Shown here piece by piece: positions 1-10,872 of a stretch of DNA of 64,000 bases. A model generated the notes under the pieces. That model was not told the DNA's origin, did no database searches, and was given only the letters and a program-made list of their open reading frames with translations. Numbering within the stretch: position 1 is the stretch's first letter; the number at the start of each line of letters is the position of its first letter. The position numbers and the translations under genes are program-made. Origin of the DNA: Candidatus Thorarchaeota archaeon (GTDB lineage: Archaea; Asgardarchaeota; Thorarchaeia; Thorarchaeales; Thorarchaeaceae); assembly GCA_963726195.1 (NCBI GenBank), contig CAVSBO010000005.1, positions 160,001-224,000 of the forward strand, written 5' to 3'.

Positions 1-1118
1 TCTATATCTCGAGGATTCATCGTTATGCTTGAATCCATCATCGCGTATTGCACTAACTTGTCCAGTCCGTTTTTGAACTCCTTTTCAGAGATGCCTGCCT
101 TCTTCAGACTCGCTGGAAAACCAACACTGACCTGTAGTTGTCTGATTCTCTTGGCGAAGGTCCTCGCGGCAAGCTCCGGATCTGTTTTCCTGATTCCGAC
201 GAGTGCTCCGAGCTCCGCGTACTGGCGTGCGGCGTTGGCATTGCCCTTGCAGTTGTATTCGATAGTAAGTGGGAGCGCCAGACCGACCGCAAGTCCGTGC
301 TGAACTCTGAGTACGGAGCCAAGACTATGTCCAAGAGAATGCCCGAGCGCAACTTGAGAGTTGCTGAACGACATCCCCGCGAGGTCTGCGGCAATCAGCA
401 TCTTTTCTCTCGCTTGTAGATCAGCGAGGTTTTCAACCGATTTCGGTAGCCATTCGAACACCATTTGTACCGTCTTGAGCGTGCATGCGTCCGAGAAATC
501 ATTCTTCCATACTGAAACGTATGCTTCGACAGCATGTGTCAGAGCATCCAGTCCCGTGTAGGCTGTGAGTTCTTTTGGAAGTCCCTTCACGAATCCGGGT
601 TCAAGGATTGCTATGTCAGGGCAGAGCTCCGGATTGTTCGTCGCGAATTTCCGTCCGGTTTCGTCTTCTCTGATCACCACCGCCTTCGTGGCTTCGGAAC
701 CGGTCCCTGCAGTTGTCGGTATGCATACAAGCTTCGCCTTATGCCGCAAGTCAAGAGGCTGCAGTGGAGTGACGGCGTCAAGATGGATCTCTGGATGCTC
801 ATACAGGACCCAGGCAGCCTTTGCAGTATCCATGACGCTGCCTCCGCCGACTGCAATGATTGTATCGGCCGCGAATCTTCTCATCGCTTCGGCTGCATTC
901 TTCACGCTGGAGACCCTTGGATCAGGTTCTGCGTTGTCCCAGATGGCAACAGACCATTGTTTGTCATGAAGTATATCAGAGATTCTCTCAGGGAAACCAA
1001 AGCCCGCGACAACTTTGTCTGTCACAATGAGTGCATTCTTTCCTGGCATTTGCTCTAATTCAGTTGTAAGTGCATCTTCGCCAAAGACAACTCTCGGCAC
1101 GCTGAACCACCAAACCAT
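1..1118 (-). CDS. Iron-containing alcohol dehydrogenase; 3' end runs off the window and is absent from the ORF track
   Basis: Manual translation from ATG 1118 (upstream GAGGTGG): MVWWFSVPRVVFGEDAL...EPDP...IAVGGGSVMDTAK...IPTTAGTGSEAT...GLDALTHAVEAY...GHSLGH...HG, the Fe-ADH motifs. Confidence 0.92.
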   Translation of the reverse strand, partial: MVWWFSVPRVVFGEDALTTELEQMPGKNALIVTDKVVAGFGFPERISDILHDKQWSVAIWDNAEPDPRVSSVKNAAEAMRRFAADTIIAVGGGSVMDTAKAAWVLYEHPEIHLDAVTPLQPLDLRHKAKLVCIPTTAGTGSEATKAVVIREDETGRKFATNNPELCPDIAILEPGFVKGLPKELTAYTGLDALTHAVEAYVSVWKNDFSDACTLKTVQMVFEWLPKSVENLADLQAREKMLIAADLAGMSFSNSQVALGHSLGHSLGSVLRVQHGLAVGLALPLTIEYNCKGNANAARQYAELGALVGIRKTDPELAARTFAKRIRQLQVSVGFPASLKKAGISEKEFKNGLDKLVQYAMMDSSITMNPRDI

Positions 1119-1226
1119 TGGAACTGACCACCTCTCTTCGCTGATAGATTCAGACTGTTCTGGTATTGTGAGCTTGACAGTCTGCGAACAGGTCCTTATA
1201 TGTAGTGTACCAGAGAGCTATGGCAC

Positions 1227-2327
1227 TCAACGGCTCGCCTTTGTCTGAATTCTCTTGGGGGCGAGTTCGAGTGTTCTCACTGCCTCTTCCACGATACTAG
1301 CAATCAGTTCCTTTACAGTCGGAATATCCTTCACTCTGCCTGTGACCTCTCCACCCAGCATCAGTGCAGTATCGGGTTTTGCACTCATCAGGTCACCAAA
1401 TCCCGCTTTCTCAATTCCGAGTATGTCTTCGTTGGATTCAACCGGCTGTCCGAGATAGAATCCGGGGAGATCTTGCAGAGTCTGCTGGACTATTTGTTCC
1501 GACCGACTATTCCGAAGGAACCTCATAGGACCGAAAACTCCTCTGCCGACGAGTGTCTGACGTTCTTCTCTATCAATGATTGCTTGTTTCCAGACCGGCT
1601 CGAAGTCGCTCTCTTGAGTGGCGATGAACCTCGTACCCATCTGAACTCCTTCCGCACCCAGACACAGAGCTGCCGCGAGTGTCCTGCCATCACAGAAACC
1701 TCCCGCTGCTACAACTGGTGTCTTGACCGCCTTCGCCACGGCTGGTACAAGTACGGTGGAATGAACAGGCTCCCACGAAACGTGGGCTCCTCCCTCGTGA
1801 CCCGATGCTATTATGACGTCAGCACCTGCGGCTTCTGCCTTGCGTGCATGGTACACCGACGGCACCACGTGAAACCAAAGCAGACCGTGCTCCTTGATTC
1901 TCGCCCATGGTTTCGGATTGCCTGCAGATGTGATGATGACACGAAGCCGCCTTTCGATGTCAGAGTCATTCTCGCGTGCTTCAATCGTCTGCTTAACGAA
2001 CATCTCAGAGGCAATTGTGAATTCGGATGCGACCGGCACATTGACGCCGAAGACACCACCCGATCCCCTTGTCCCCTTGGCAACAGCCTCTATGGATTTC
2101 TGGAGGATGACCGTAGGCGGGTCCGTTCCAAAGAGCCGAACTGCATCAATCGGAGCGGCTTCAGGCAGCATGCTCGCGGCCATACCGATGCTGCTTATGA
2201 CACCCAGAGCTCCTGCATTCGACACTGCGGTTGCCAAGGTTTGCGTCTTGTATGGGCCCATTCCACCTTGGAGTATTGGGTGTTGAATGCCCAGAAGATC
2301 GCAGAGAACCGTGTGAATACGTTTCAT
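1227..2327 (-). CDS. Nitronate monooxygenase / FabK-like FMN-dependent oxidoreductase
   Basis: HPILQGGM, GHEGGAH, VVAAGGFCDG, GVQMGTRFIATQES. Confidence 0.9.
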   Translation of the reverse strand: MKRIHTVLCDLLGIQHPILQGGMGPYKTQTLATAVSNAGALGVISSIGMAASMLPEAAPIDAVRLFGTDPPTVILQKSIEAVAKGTRGSGGVFGVNVPVASEFTIASEMFVKQTIEARENDSDIERRLRVIITSAGNPKPWARIKEHGLLWFHVVPSVYHARKAEAAGADVIIASGHEGGAHVSWEPVHSTVLVPAVAKAVKTPVVAAGGFCDGRTLAAALCLGAEGVQMGTRFIATQESDFEPVWKQAIIDREERQTLVGRGVFGPMRFLRNSRSEQIVQQTLQDLPGFYLGQPVESNEDILGIEKAGFGDLMSAKPDTALMLGGEVTGRVKDIPTVKELIASIVEEAVRTLELAPKRIQTKASR

Positions 2328-2485
2328 GATTACTGTCGGTTGTCAGCCGCGATTTAAGTCTGACATTCGCAATAACGAGTGCCAAGAAAGCAGCAGCAGA
2401 ACAGATGGAGAGTCGGACCATGGCTTGCTGAAAAGAAGATTAGACAAGGAAAAGAAACAAGGAGCCGGGAGAGATAGTCTCCGGC

Positions 2486-2908
2486 TCATTTTTCATCTGG
2501 GAACTTGGTAGGTACCTTAGTTGCGGTCGTGACGAGCTCGGCTGCAGCCTTGGTGTAGCGCATGACCTTACCCATGTCTCCCTTCAACGCGAACTTGCGA
2601 GCCATCAGGCCCTTGATGGGATCTATCTGGCCTGCAAGCAGGAGCTTCCAGTTCTTCAGCGGTCCTGCGTACTCGAACGCGGCCGTTTGACCAGGTGCTG
2701 CAAGAGCAACCTTCCTACAATTGCCATGCCAAAGATCGATGTATGCGCGGGCGGGCTGCTTTACTGTTGTTCCGTCTGCGTCAATCTGAAAAATAAAATC
2801 ACCTTCCCAATCTTTGGCAGCATCTTTGTATGCCGCGTTCTTGTTCAGTATCTCTTGGTATTTCTTCAGCCATTGTTCAGAGAAGAAGTCAAACTTCTTT
2901 TCGCTCAT
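2486..2908 (-). CDS. SCP2 sterol-carrier-domain protein
   Basis: FFSEQW...WEGDF...WKLLLAGQIDPIKGLMARKFALKGDM, a typical SCP2 C-terminus. Confidence 0.85.
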   Translation of the reverse strand: MSEKKFDFFSEQWLKKYQEILNKNAAYKDAAKDWEGDFIFQIDADGTTVKQPARAYIDLWHGNCRKVALAAPGQTAAFEYAGPLKNWKLLLAGQIDPIKGLMARKFALKGDMGKVMRYTKAAAELVTTATKVPTKFPDEK

Positions 2909-3077
2909 GAGGCGTCATCCTCGTTTTTCGTTACTTCGAACAGGAGTAGCCGTGAGAGAAAAGCGTTCTGGCCAACCAGTGTGGTCTAGTTGGCCTGACA
3001 AAGCAACCTTCTCGCATAGCTTTTTATCATGAACGGGTGCAGACGCGCCAAACTCGCTTCTGAGGAGCCTGACAGCA

Positions 3078-6000
3078 TTGTTGCACGAGACCAAGAGCGA
3101 CAAGGTCCGGGATTTTGAGTTGACCTTGGAGGATGCAGCTCGACTGGCAGAGTGCTTCAACTCGTTCGATGATTCGGACAGTTGGCCGGGAGGTTTTACG
3201 AGAGGCATTCCGTTCAAGGCTGAGAGAGTCCTGGAAGACAAGTCGAAAAGAACCGATATCAGAACTCTTGTGGCATATGTTGGAAACTGGATAGTGGGCC
3301 ACTGCAATATTGCTCACGGAGAAATGGATCCCGAAGCAGCGTACGTTGGCACTCTTGGTGTCAACCCGAAGTATCAGGGTCAAGGATTCGGCAAGGCAAT
3401 GTTGATTGAAGCAGCTGAGACGGCGGCCCGCCTAGGAAAGCGAAGGATTGACCTCAACACATGGCCCGGCAACATCAAGGCCATGCCACTCTACAAACGT
3501 GTGGGATACAATTGGGTGCCCAGAACCAGAGTCCTAATGGAGTCATACATACCGGGAATCCTGAACTTCCCAGTGTTCGCAGAATTCTTCAGACGTTACG
3601 ACTGGTACGATGTTTTCACGCGCGAGATAAGTCAGGTTATGGATGATTCAGAAGAAGACGGGCTTGGCGTGTACAAGTACTCCTTCAAGGGGCAGAACGG
3701 TGATGAACTCGATGTCACCGTGGATAGGGAAGCCAAAGGCATCTGCGGCTTCAAACTTGTTCTGGATGGTCGTGAGCTAGGCGTCAGTCTAAGACCAGCG
3801 ACACATGTAGGATACATCGCTTTCGGGCAGGTACCAATGCGGCTCGTAGTATCGAGCGAGGCTGAGCATGATATGCCCATTGCAGTAAGCGCCGCTCCCA
3901 CTCAGGACTTGCTGGTAGAGCTACTGGGCGATACGAACGGACTCGTCTCAGCCGATCATCAGTTCATCTTGGAAGGATTCTACAGAATCCCAGAGACAGT
4001 CGAGCATGTTGATCGCGTGAGAGACCCGGTTGCCAAGGTGAAGACGCAAGCATGTTGGGAAATCACCTTGGGAGACGATACTTTCAATCTGTACAGCGGC
4101 ATCATACCGCATCTGGCCATCACGATTTCCTCCAACCCTATCTATCCCTGTGTGTCCCCCGGAGGGCAGGCCGAGATGGAGGTTGTTCTTCAGAGCAATC
4201 TCGACACAGGAGCCAAGGGAGAGGTTGTAATAGGTCCAGCCTCGGGGACGATTATGTGGTCCCGAGTCAATGGCTTCGAACTGGAGCCGGATGAGACTAA
4301 GGGAATCAGCATAGAGGCCACGACAGCGGCCGAAGATGACAACAGCGTTCTCTCGTTATTTGTCTCCGTCTTTGTGTACGAAGGCTCTGAGAAGAGCCTG
4401 GTCAACAGGAAAACGCTGAACATTCCGGTGTTAGGAGTCTCAGGAGCGGTCGCATACGAATCACTCGACGATTACCTTGTCATCGAGTCTGAGAGTTTCA
4501 GGTACACGATATCGAAGACGCCCCCGATGAGCTTCAGGTCGGTTGAGGACAAAACACAGCACAAGGCCATCAGAGGCTTTTTCCTCCTTCCCTCTGTCGG
4601 GTATCCGTTCCCATCGGGCGGCAGTGAATGGTCGCGGAAAGCATTCGATATCACTTTGACTAACAAGAAGGAATATGCCGAAATCCGATTGGAAGCAGAC
4701 TCAATCGAGAGGACTGGTGTCAGACTGACTGCACTATACAGAGCTTATCCCGGTCGACAGTATCTTGAGATTGTTAATAGGATAACCAACGTGGGCACTT
4801 CGAATCTCACCAACTTGGGAGTACAGGCTGAAGGTTGGTGGTTCGACATGACTGGGACAAGGATGTACGTTCCCATCAGAGGCAGCATATATGAGCTCGG
4901 CTCGATAGACTGGACAGGTGATAGGCAGCTGCCGGATGAGCCAAGTGCTTACCACGAGCCCTGGGCTGCGGTGTGTAGTTCGGACGGCGAATTGCTTGTT
5001 GGCTATGTCTGGGATGCCGATGGTCTGGTCAAGGTCGAACCTCGTCGGAGAGGAAGACTCAACAGAGTCGAATACAGATTGCCTGATCTCGAAGCGGGAG
5101 AGTCAACAGACAAGACCATGCTTAGGATAGTGACAGGCCGGGGCGGATGGAAGAACGTGCGCTCACTCTGGGCGCGGCTCGAATGGCCGGCTTGGTTACG
5201 AAATCGATATACAGGAGCCGAGGTCTGACTTGGAGTTTGGTATTGTTCCCAAGTCTTCGAGCTACTCTCGTGGGTCCGACAATTTGCTGATGATTGACAG
5301 GTCGCATCCGAACGACATGGAGGTTCGAGTCAGCGTGCTCCATGCGGATTTCATCTCAGGTCAACTGAGCATCACGATGCCTTCTGGCCTTACGGCCAAC
5401 AACAAAAGAAATCTCAGCTTTGACATCAACCGGCTCAACATAGATACTCCCTTCATCGCACCATTGACAATCACTGCGATGAAAGGAGGGAATTGGATTA
5501 GGAAGGAGGGTGAGGCCGTATTCCGCTTCGAGAACAGGATTGCGAGGTTTCCATTGGCCGCTGTCCTGTATGACTCGTCTGCTCCCGAACAAGCATCACT
5601 TCAGGTTCTGGAAGGAAACACACTCCACGAGCTCGAAACGGCTGACTCAAGCATATCGGTATCACCTGAGTACGCTGCCAGTTTAGTGAGGCTCTGCTTG
5701 TCGAAGAACGCAAATGTCTTCCAAGACACATTCCCCCATGCCGACCCCTTCTTGTGGGCTGATCGACACTACGCGGGTTTCAATCCGACCATAGGAGCGT
5801 GGGGAACTTGGGATTGGCAGTCTGGATTGCTCTTGGAGAAGTGGTCCATATCTGAAACAAGAGAAGGCCCTTGGGTTGGCTATGAGATGAAGACAATTCT
5901 GGAACACTGTCCCGGACTGAAAGGCATGGAGTTCAGCATAAGGCACATGCTGTTGAAAGGAACTCCCATTGTGCGCTCAGAAATCAGCGCCTACAATGCA

Positions 6001-6387
6001 ACAAGTCAGTCGAAGCGGGTTATGATGGGACTTCAGGGGATAGTGAGACTCAACAACCATCCACAGAGTGCCGTTTACGCAGAGGTAAATAACAGGCGAG
6101 TTGTCTACGAGCCAACAGTGTTTGGGGCTGATGTTATTCCCGCACCGGAAGAAGGCTGGGTGGCTCTTCGAGAGCCAGAAAGTGGCCTTGTTCTGGGTTT
6201 GATATCCGATCGCAAGACCGACGAAGTACTCAGCTTCGAGAATGTCAATGAGAATGCTCAATGGGTCAGGGTCGGTGGCCTCAGGTACTTCGGGCCTAGT
6301 GATCGTGTCTCGATAGCGTGTTACTTTGTGATGACTACTAATGTGGACGACGTTGTGTTGATAAGAAACCTAACAGCAAAAGCATAG
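3078..6387 (+). CDS. Large (about 1100 aa) GNAT acetyltransferase with beta-rich C-terminal domains; frameshift near 5180
   Basis: GNAT motif A (LGVNPKYQGQGFGKAML) and NIKAMPLYKRVGY. ORFs 3078..5228 and 5230..6387 join as WARLNGRLGYEIDIQEPRSDLEFG if one base near 5180 is removed. Confidence 0.75.
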
Positions 6388-6393
6388 GCAGGG

Positions 6394-7848
6394 ATGAAAA
6401 CGAAGGGCTCAGTATCAAAACCAACCATCACGTTGCGTAGAGGCTTCTCCTTTCAACCTATGAAACGCTTGATGAGAACGGAGGACCTTATCCCAATCAA
6501 GTCGAAGCTCTTGGGTAACGGCATGTCCGTGAACTTCAGAGGTACCGATTATGGTATCGTCTACCCCGAGGAAGTCTGGAAGGCTACGCCTACTGAAACG
6601 CGGCGCGCCCTCAAAGACAACCTTGCTATGGCAACGACAATGCATCTGCCAATGATATTTCCCGGCTCTGGTGTGGATTATGATTCGGGCCGCCCTCTGC
6701 TTGAGCCGTATTTCATGTTGAACTTCTGGAAGGATATACCATCGGTCACAGAGGCGGACATGACTGACACAGCAGAAGCAATTCGTAAGTGGTATGATGT
6801 GGAATACCGGTTTGAAGATCAGACGGTTGTATATCCGTCCCCTGATTCCATCAAGTCACCGAGCAGAGCAGTTGTCGGACTGAGCTTTGGCAAGGATAGT
6901 CTTCTCACATTCGCAGTGGCAAATGAGATAGGACTTGATCCTGAGGGAGTGTACGCTGTTGAGCAGGGTCTCACGTACGAGGAGAAGCACAAGACCAACC
7001 TTGCAATCGGTTTCAAGAAGGAGTTCGGCAAGCAGCTGCACATTCTCAAACATGATACAGGCAAGCTGAGAGACTATAAGTACTTGGGTCTTCGTGAATC
7101 TGATTTTGGCTGGGGCCTTCAGTCGACAGAGTATGCTTTGGACTTGATACCCTTTGCATACTTCTACAATGCCAAGTACATACTCTTTGGGAACGAGCAA
7201 AGCTGTGCGGCAACATACATGGATCCTCCAGGCAATTGGCTCGTGAACCCGTGCTACGACCAATCACACCTGTGGACGGTTCATATTGATCAGATAACGC
7301 AGACGTTCTCTGGCCGGGTTGTGCGGACGGCAAGCCTGATTGAACCTCTGATGGACATGATGATACAGCGTACGCTTGCTCATCGCTACCCTGAGATGGC
7401 GAAGTATCAAATGAGTTGCTTCACGAGGAACGAAGAAGGTCGCGATTATCATTGGTGCCACAACTGCGCCGTGTGCGCTAAAATGTACCTTCTCTGTGTT
7501 GGGTCGGGCATTAATCCAGAAGCCATAGGGCTCAAGCAGAATATGCTGCGCGCAGAGAGCAAACCGTACTTCACCATGTTTGGCGGCAGATCCAACTTGC
7601 CCTATGCAAACACTGACATCTCAATCGACGAGCAGATATTCGCTTTCTACTGCGCAGCGAAGAAGGGTGCTCAGGGTGCATTGATTGACGAATTCAAACA
7701 AAGCAAGTTCTACCAAGAGGCGAATGACCGGGAAGACGAGCTCTTCGAGAAGTTCTGTTCTCTATACGACCCTATCTCCTTACCAAGAGAACTGCGAGAC
7801 AAGGTTCTGTCAATCTATAAGGAGGAGCTGTCGACATTCGAAATCTGA
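6394..7848 (+). CDS. PP-loop-like ATP-dependent enzyme resembling the MurL peptide epimerase / QueC superfamily
   Basis: VVGLSFGKDSLL (SGGKDS-type loop), FGNEQS, and a C-terminal SC...WCHNCAVCAK cysteine cluster. Confidence 0.6.
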   Translation: MKTKGSVSKPTITLRRGFSFQPMKRLMRTEDLIPIKSKLLGNGMSVNFRGTDYGIVYPEEVWKATPTETRRALKDNLAMATTMHLPMIFPGSGVDYDSGRPLLEPYFMLNFWKDIPSVTEADMTDTAEAIRKWYDVEYRFEDQTVVYPSPDSIKSPSRAVVGLSFGKDSLLTFAVANEIGLDPEGVYAVEQGLTYEEKHKTNLAIGFKKEFGKQLHILKHDTGKLRDYKYLGLRESDFGWGLQSTEYALDLIPFAYFYNAKYILFGNEQSCAATYMDPPGNWLVNPCYDQSHLWTVHIDQITQTFSGRVVRTASLIEPLMDMMIQRTLAHRYPEMAKYQMSCFTRNEEGRDYHWCHNCAVCAKMYLLCVGSGINPEAIGLKQNMLRAESKPYFTMFGGRSNLPYANTDISIDEQIFAFYCAAKKGAQGALIDEFKQSKFYQEANDREDELFEKFCSLYDPISLPRELRDKVLSIYKEELSTFEI

Positions 7849-7909
7849 GCCTGAGGTCTAGTATCAAGACAGGCTGGCATAGTTATAAGTTCGGGAAAAG
7901 AACCGCGAG

Positions 7910-8917
7910 TTGGTGGAATTCGTGCGAATAGGATTGATTCTGAACACACGACATGAGAATTCCGAGTTTGAGGTGGAGTATGATCCCCCTCACACCATAG
8001 AGCTGCTCAAGCATGGCATTGAGGCCACTGGACATGAGTATGTTTTCATCGAAGCCGATGAGAATGTTGTGGAGAACGTCAAGCTTGAGAAGCCTGACTT
8101 AGTGTTCAACAGAGCCGAAGGAATACATGGCGATAGCCGCGAGTCTCATGTTCCCGCTATTCTCGAAATGCTTGGCATCCCCTACGTCGGAGCGAAGGTG
8201 CTGTCCACAGCTGTGTGCCTCAACAAGGCTTGGACCAAGAAGTGTCTGGAGCACCACGACATCCGAACTGCCGAATTTCATGTCTGTCCGAGTGTTGAAG
8301 AGGCCAACAAGATTTCTTTCCATTACCCTGTAATTCTGAAGCCCAACGAAGAGGGCTCTTCCATGGGAATAAACGAGGATAACGTTGTACACGACATCAC
8401 TCATCTTCGTACCAAACTGAAGCAGATGCTCAAAGACTATCAACAAGGCATCTTGATTGAGCAATTCATCCAAGGTCGAGAATTCAGTGTCGGCGTGCTT
8501 GGTCGTGCAGGAAAGGAGTTCGAGGTGCTGCCCATTATTGAAATAGACTTCTCCAAGCTCCCGCCACAAGTCGGCAACGTATTTGGCCAACGAGCCAAGA
8601 CCATATATGACGGTCTCGACCATTATGTCTGTCCAGCTAAGGTAACAGCAGAGCTGAAAAAGACACTCGAACGTACTTCGATTGATGCTTGCCACTACTT
8701 GGATGTGCCCGATTTCGCAAGGATGGACTACCGCATGAATGATAAGGCCGAGGTGTACTTCTTGGAGATTAACCCCTTGCCGGGAATGGATTTCGACATG
8801 GACCACAACGACTTTTCGTTCTTTCCATATATGGGTATGAAGGCGGGATACTCCTACGACGAGCTCGTCCGTCGGCTCCTCGAATCTGCTTGCTACAGAT
8901 ACGGGCTGAAACTCTGA
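7910..8917 (+). CDS. D-alanine--D-alanine ligase family ATP-grasp protein
   Basis: VFNRAEG, LEMLGIPYVG, LKPNEEGSSMGI, EQFIQGREFSVG, RMDYR, FLEINPLPG. Confidence 0.88.
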   Translation: MVEFVRIGLILNTRHENSEFEVEYDPPHTIELLKHGIEATGHEYVFIEADENVVENVKLEKPDLVFNRAEGIHGDSRESHVPAILEMLGIPYVGAKVLSTAVCLNKAWTKKCLEHHDIRTAEFHVCPSVEEANKISFHYPVILKPNEEGSSMGINEDNVVHDITHLRTKLKQMLKDYQQGILIEQFIQGREFSVGVLGRAGKEFEVLPIIEIDFSKLPPQVGNVFGQRAKTIYDGLDHYVCPAKVTAELKKTLERTSIDACHYLDVPDFARMDYRMNDKAEVYFLEINPLPGMDFDMDHNDFSFFPYMGMKAGYSYDELVRRLLESACYRYGLKL

Positions 8918-8990
8918 ATGTCATGACATTCGACTTGGAAACGAAGACGTGCTCCGAGGCCTCCCAATGGCTGACAGGGCAGGTGATTAG

Positions 8991-9554
8991 ATGAAAAAGG
9001 CCGACGAATCACAGCTGATATGGAGAGGGCTCGAAGCAAATCTCTCGAAGCTCCTTCAGAAGCAGGTGAAGCTCGTTTTTCCTTCGAAGTGGGACAAGAC
9101 TTGCCATTCGTGGTACGAAGCGCTGGAGCAAGAGGCATTCAGGGAAGAGCTGAGATATACTCCAGAGGAGGTCTTCGAAAGAATAGACAAGCCCGACCTT
9201 CTTCTCTTCTTTGCGATGAGCGGACAGCAGCCGTATGCAGTCTTGCTCAGCTATACGATGGAGGGAGAATGGGAGAAGACTCTCTATGTTGATACGATTG
9301 CGGTGAGGGAGCAGGGAAAGGGCATTGGTCGAGCAATCATGAACGCTATCATCGAATACGGTCATCTCAAGAACTACAGGGCGATAGTACTCGATACAGA
9401 GGAACAGAACGAAAAAGGTCTGCCTCTAAGAAGATTCTACGAGAAACTCGGATTCGTCTTAGATGATCTTGATGAACGCGGCAATCTGACCATGAGAACT
9501 TCGACTACATCCAGAACCACAATCCTAAGACGAACCAAAGCAGGGCTGGTATAA
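8991..9554 (+). CDS. GNAT family N-acetyltransferase
   Basis: YVDTIAVREQGKGIGRAIM and LRRFYEKLGF; the C-terminal end may be altered by an indel. Confidence 0.85.
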   Translation: MKKADESQLIWRGLEANLSKLLQKQVKLVFPSKWDKTCHSWYEALEQEAFREELRYTPEEVFERIDKPDLLLFFAMSGQQPYAVLLSYTMEGEWEKTLYVDTIAVREQGKGIGRAIMNAIIEYGHLKNYRAIVLDTEEQNEKGLPLRRFYEKLGFVLDDLDERGNLTMRTSTTSRTTILRRTKAGLV

Positions 9555-9558
9555 TCAG

Positions 9559-10634
9559 CTACGTGAAGTCTCTTCCGGTCAGTATTGCAACGAACGTGCC
9601 CTTAATGGTCACTCTGGTGTCGGCCAAGTCGTGGAGCACAGCGAGAGTGCTTGCTGATGCAGGCAGTACGTTCAGACCTTCTTCTTCACGAAGCAGTCTG
9701 GAGAACTCTTGCATTCTTGTATCTGATGCATAATCGGCGAAGCCATTCGTCTCATATATCGCATCAAGAGCTTCCTGCCCATCGAACGAGTGCCAGTTAG
9801 TTAACGGTTCGTTGAAGCGCGTCTCCTTGACCTCATTCCGCTCTAGGTCGAGTACTGTCCTGCTCTTCATAAGGAATGATTTGACTATCGGATTCCCACG
9901 TCTGGTACTTGTCGCGACCATTCTTGGAAGTTCATCGATTTTGTGGCCCTCATAGAGCTTTTGAACCCATGATAGACGCCTGCAAGTGTTGTGCCGTTCC
10001 CAACTGGACAGAAGACGTAATCCGGTTCTCGCCTCATGTCTCTGTATATCTCGTATGCGATCTCCGCGTACGCTTCCAGAGAAACCTCTCTAACCCCATC
10101 AAGACCCGGGTTCGCATCGAACCATGAGCCTTTCTCCTTGCATACTTTTGACGATAGAGCAACAACGTCTTCGTACTGGCCTTCCTCGAAATGAATCTCA
10201 GCGCCAGCGTCTGTCATTCGCTTTAGTCTGTCCTCAGGAAGATGGTAACCCGCAGGAATGTAGATGTGTGCAGGAATCTCGCAGAGTTTCGCGGCCCATC
10301 CAAGTGCGGTGCCAAAATTACCGCAGCTCCGGCGGCTATCTGCAGCTGCGCCTTGAGACTTGGCGAGAGATGCAAGTGCTAATGCAATCCGATCCTTCTG
10401 TGTACCAGTGGGATTGTTACCCTCAAACTTCAGAAAGAGGCGCTCGACTCCCGAGAAACGAGCGAGGTTGCGTGACTCGACAAAGGTTGTGGAGCCGACA
10501 AAATCCTTCCATTTTATCTTGACGCCATTCCTCTTGGGAACGGCCGCCTCAGGTGCCCCTTCATCACGGGGCGCATGTTTCCCTTCCTCGCCTGACTCCT
10601 TCGCCATCTTCTTTCCTGAGCCCAGCTTTTCCAT
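9559..10634 (-). CDS. PLP-dependent enzyme, threonine synthase-like (fold type II); frameshift near 9960
   Basis: LKFEGNNPTGTQKDR (PLP Lys), SCGNFG, PVGNGTTLAG, LPASAS. One more A in the A-run at about 9960 gives GFKKLYEGHKIDELPRMVATS and joins the two ORFs. Confidence 0.85.
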
Positions 10635-10872
10635 TCGGTACTTGCTTAGCGAGCTCGCGTCACCGCGAGCATCATCATAATTTACTATGTCTCAGTATGA
10701 CAATCTGGCGGCATCACTATATATCTTATTCTATAACAACTCACATCATTCGAACTCAGCTTTCTCTCTGTGAAGGCATCACAGAATGCAGCAGCAACGC
10801 AAAGCCGCCTCGTCATCTCGAAACGATATCGAACCGCTTCCACTCGAAAGGTATGCACAAAGCAATCAATCT

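Noticed and set aside
1473-2357. Long antisense ORFs (also 8099..8806, 40596..41192, 47023..47622, 49880..50419)
   Set aside because: They are shadows of well-supported opposite-strand genes and carry no recognisable motifs
6394-8917. Peptidoglycan or pseudomurein biosynthesis
   Set aside because: No Mur ligase, MraY or glycosyltransferase in the window; Ddl-like enzymes have many other roles
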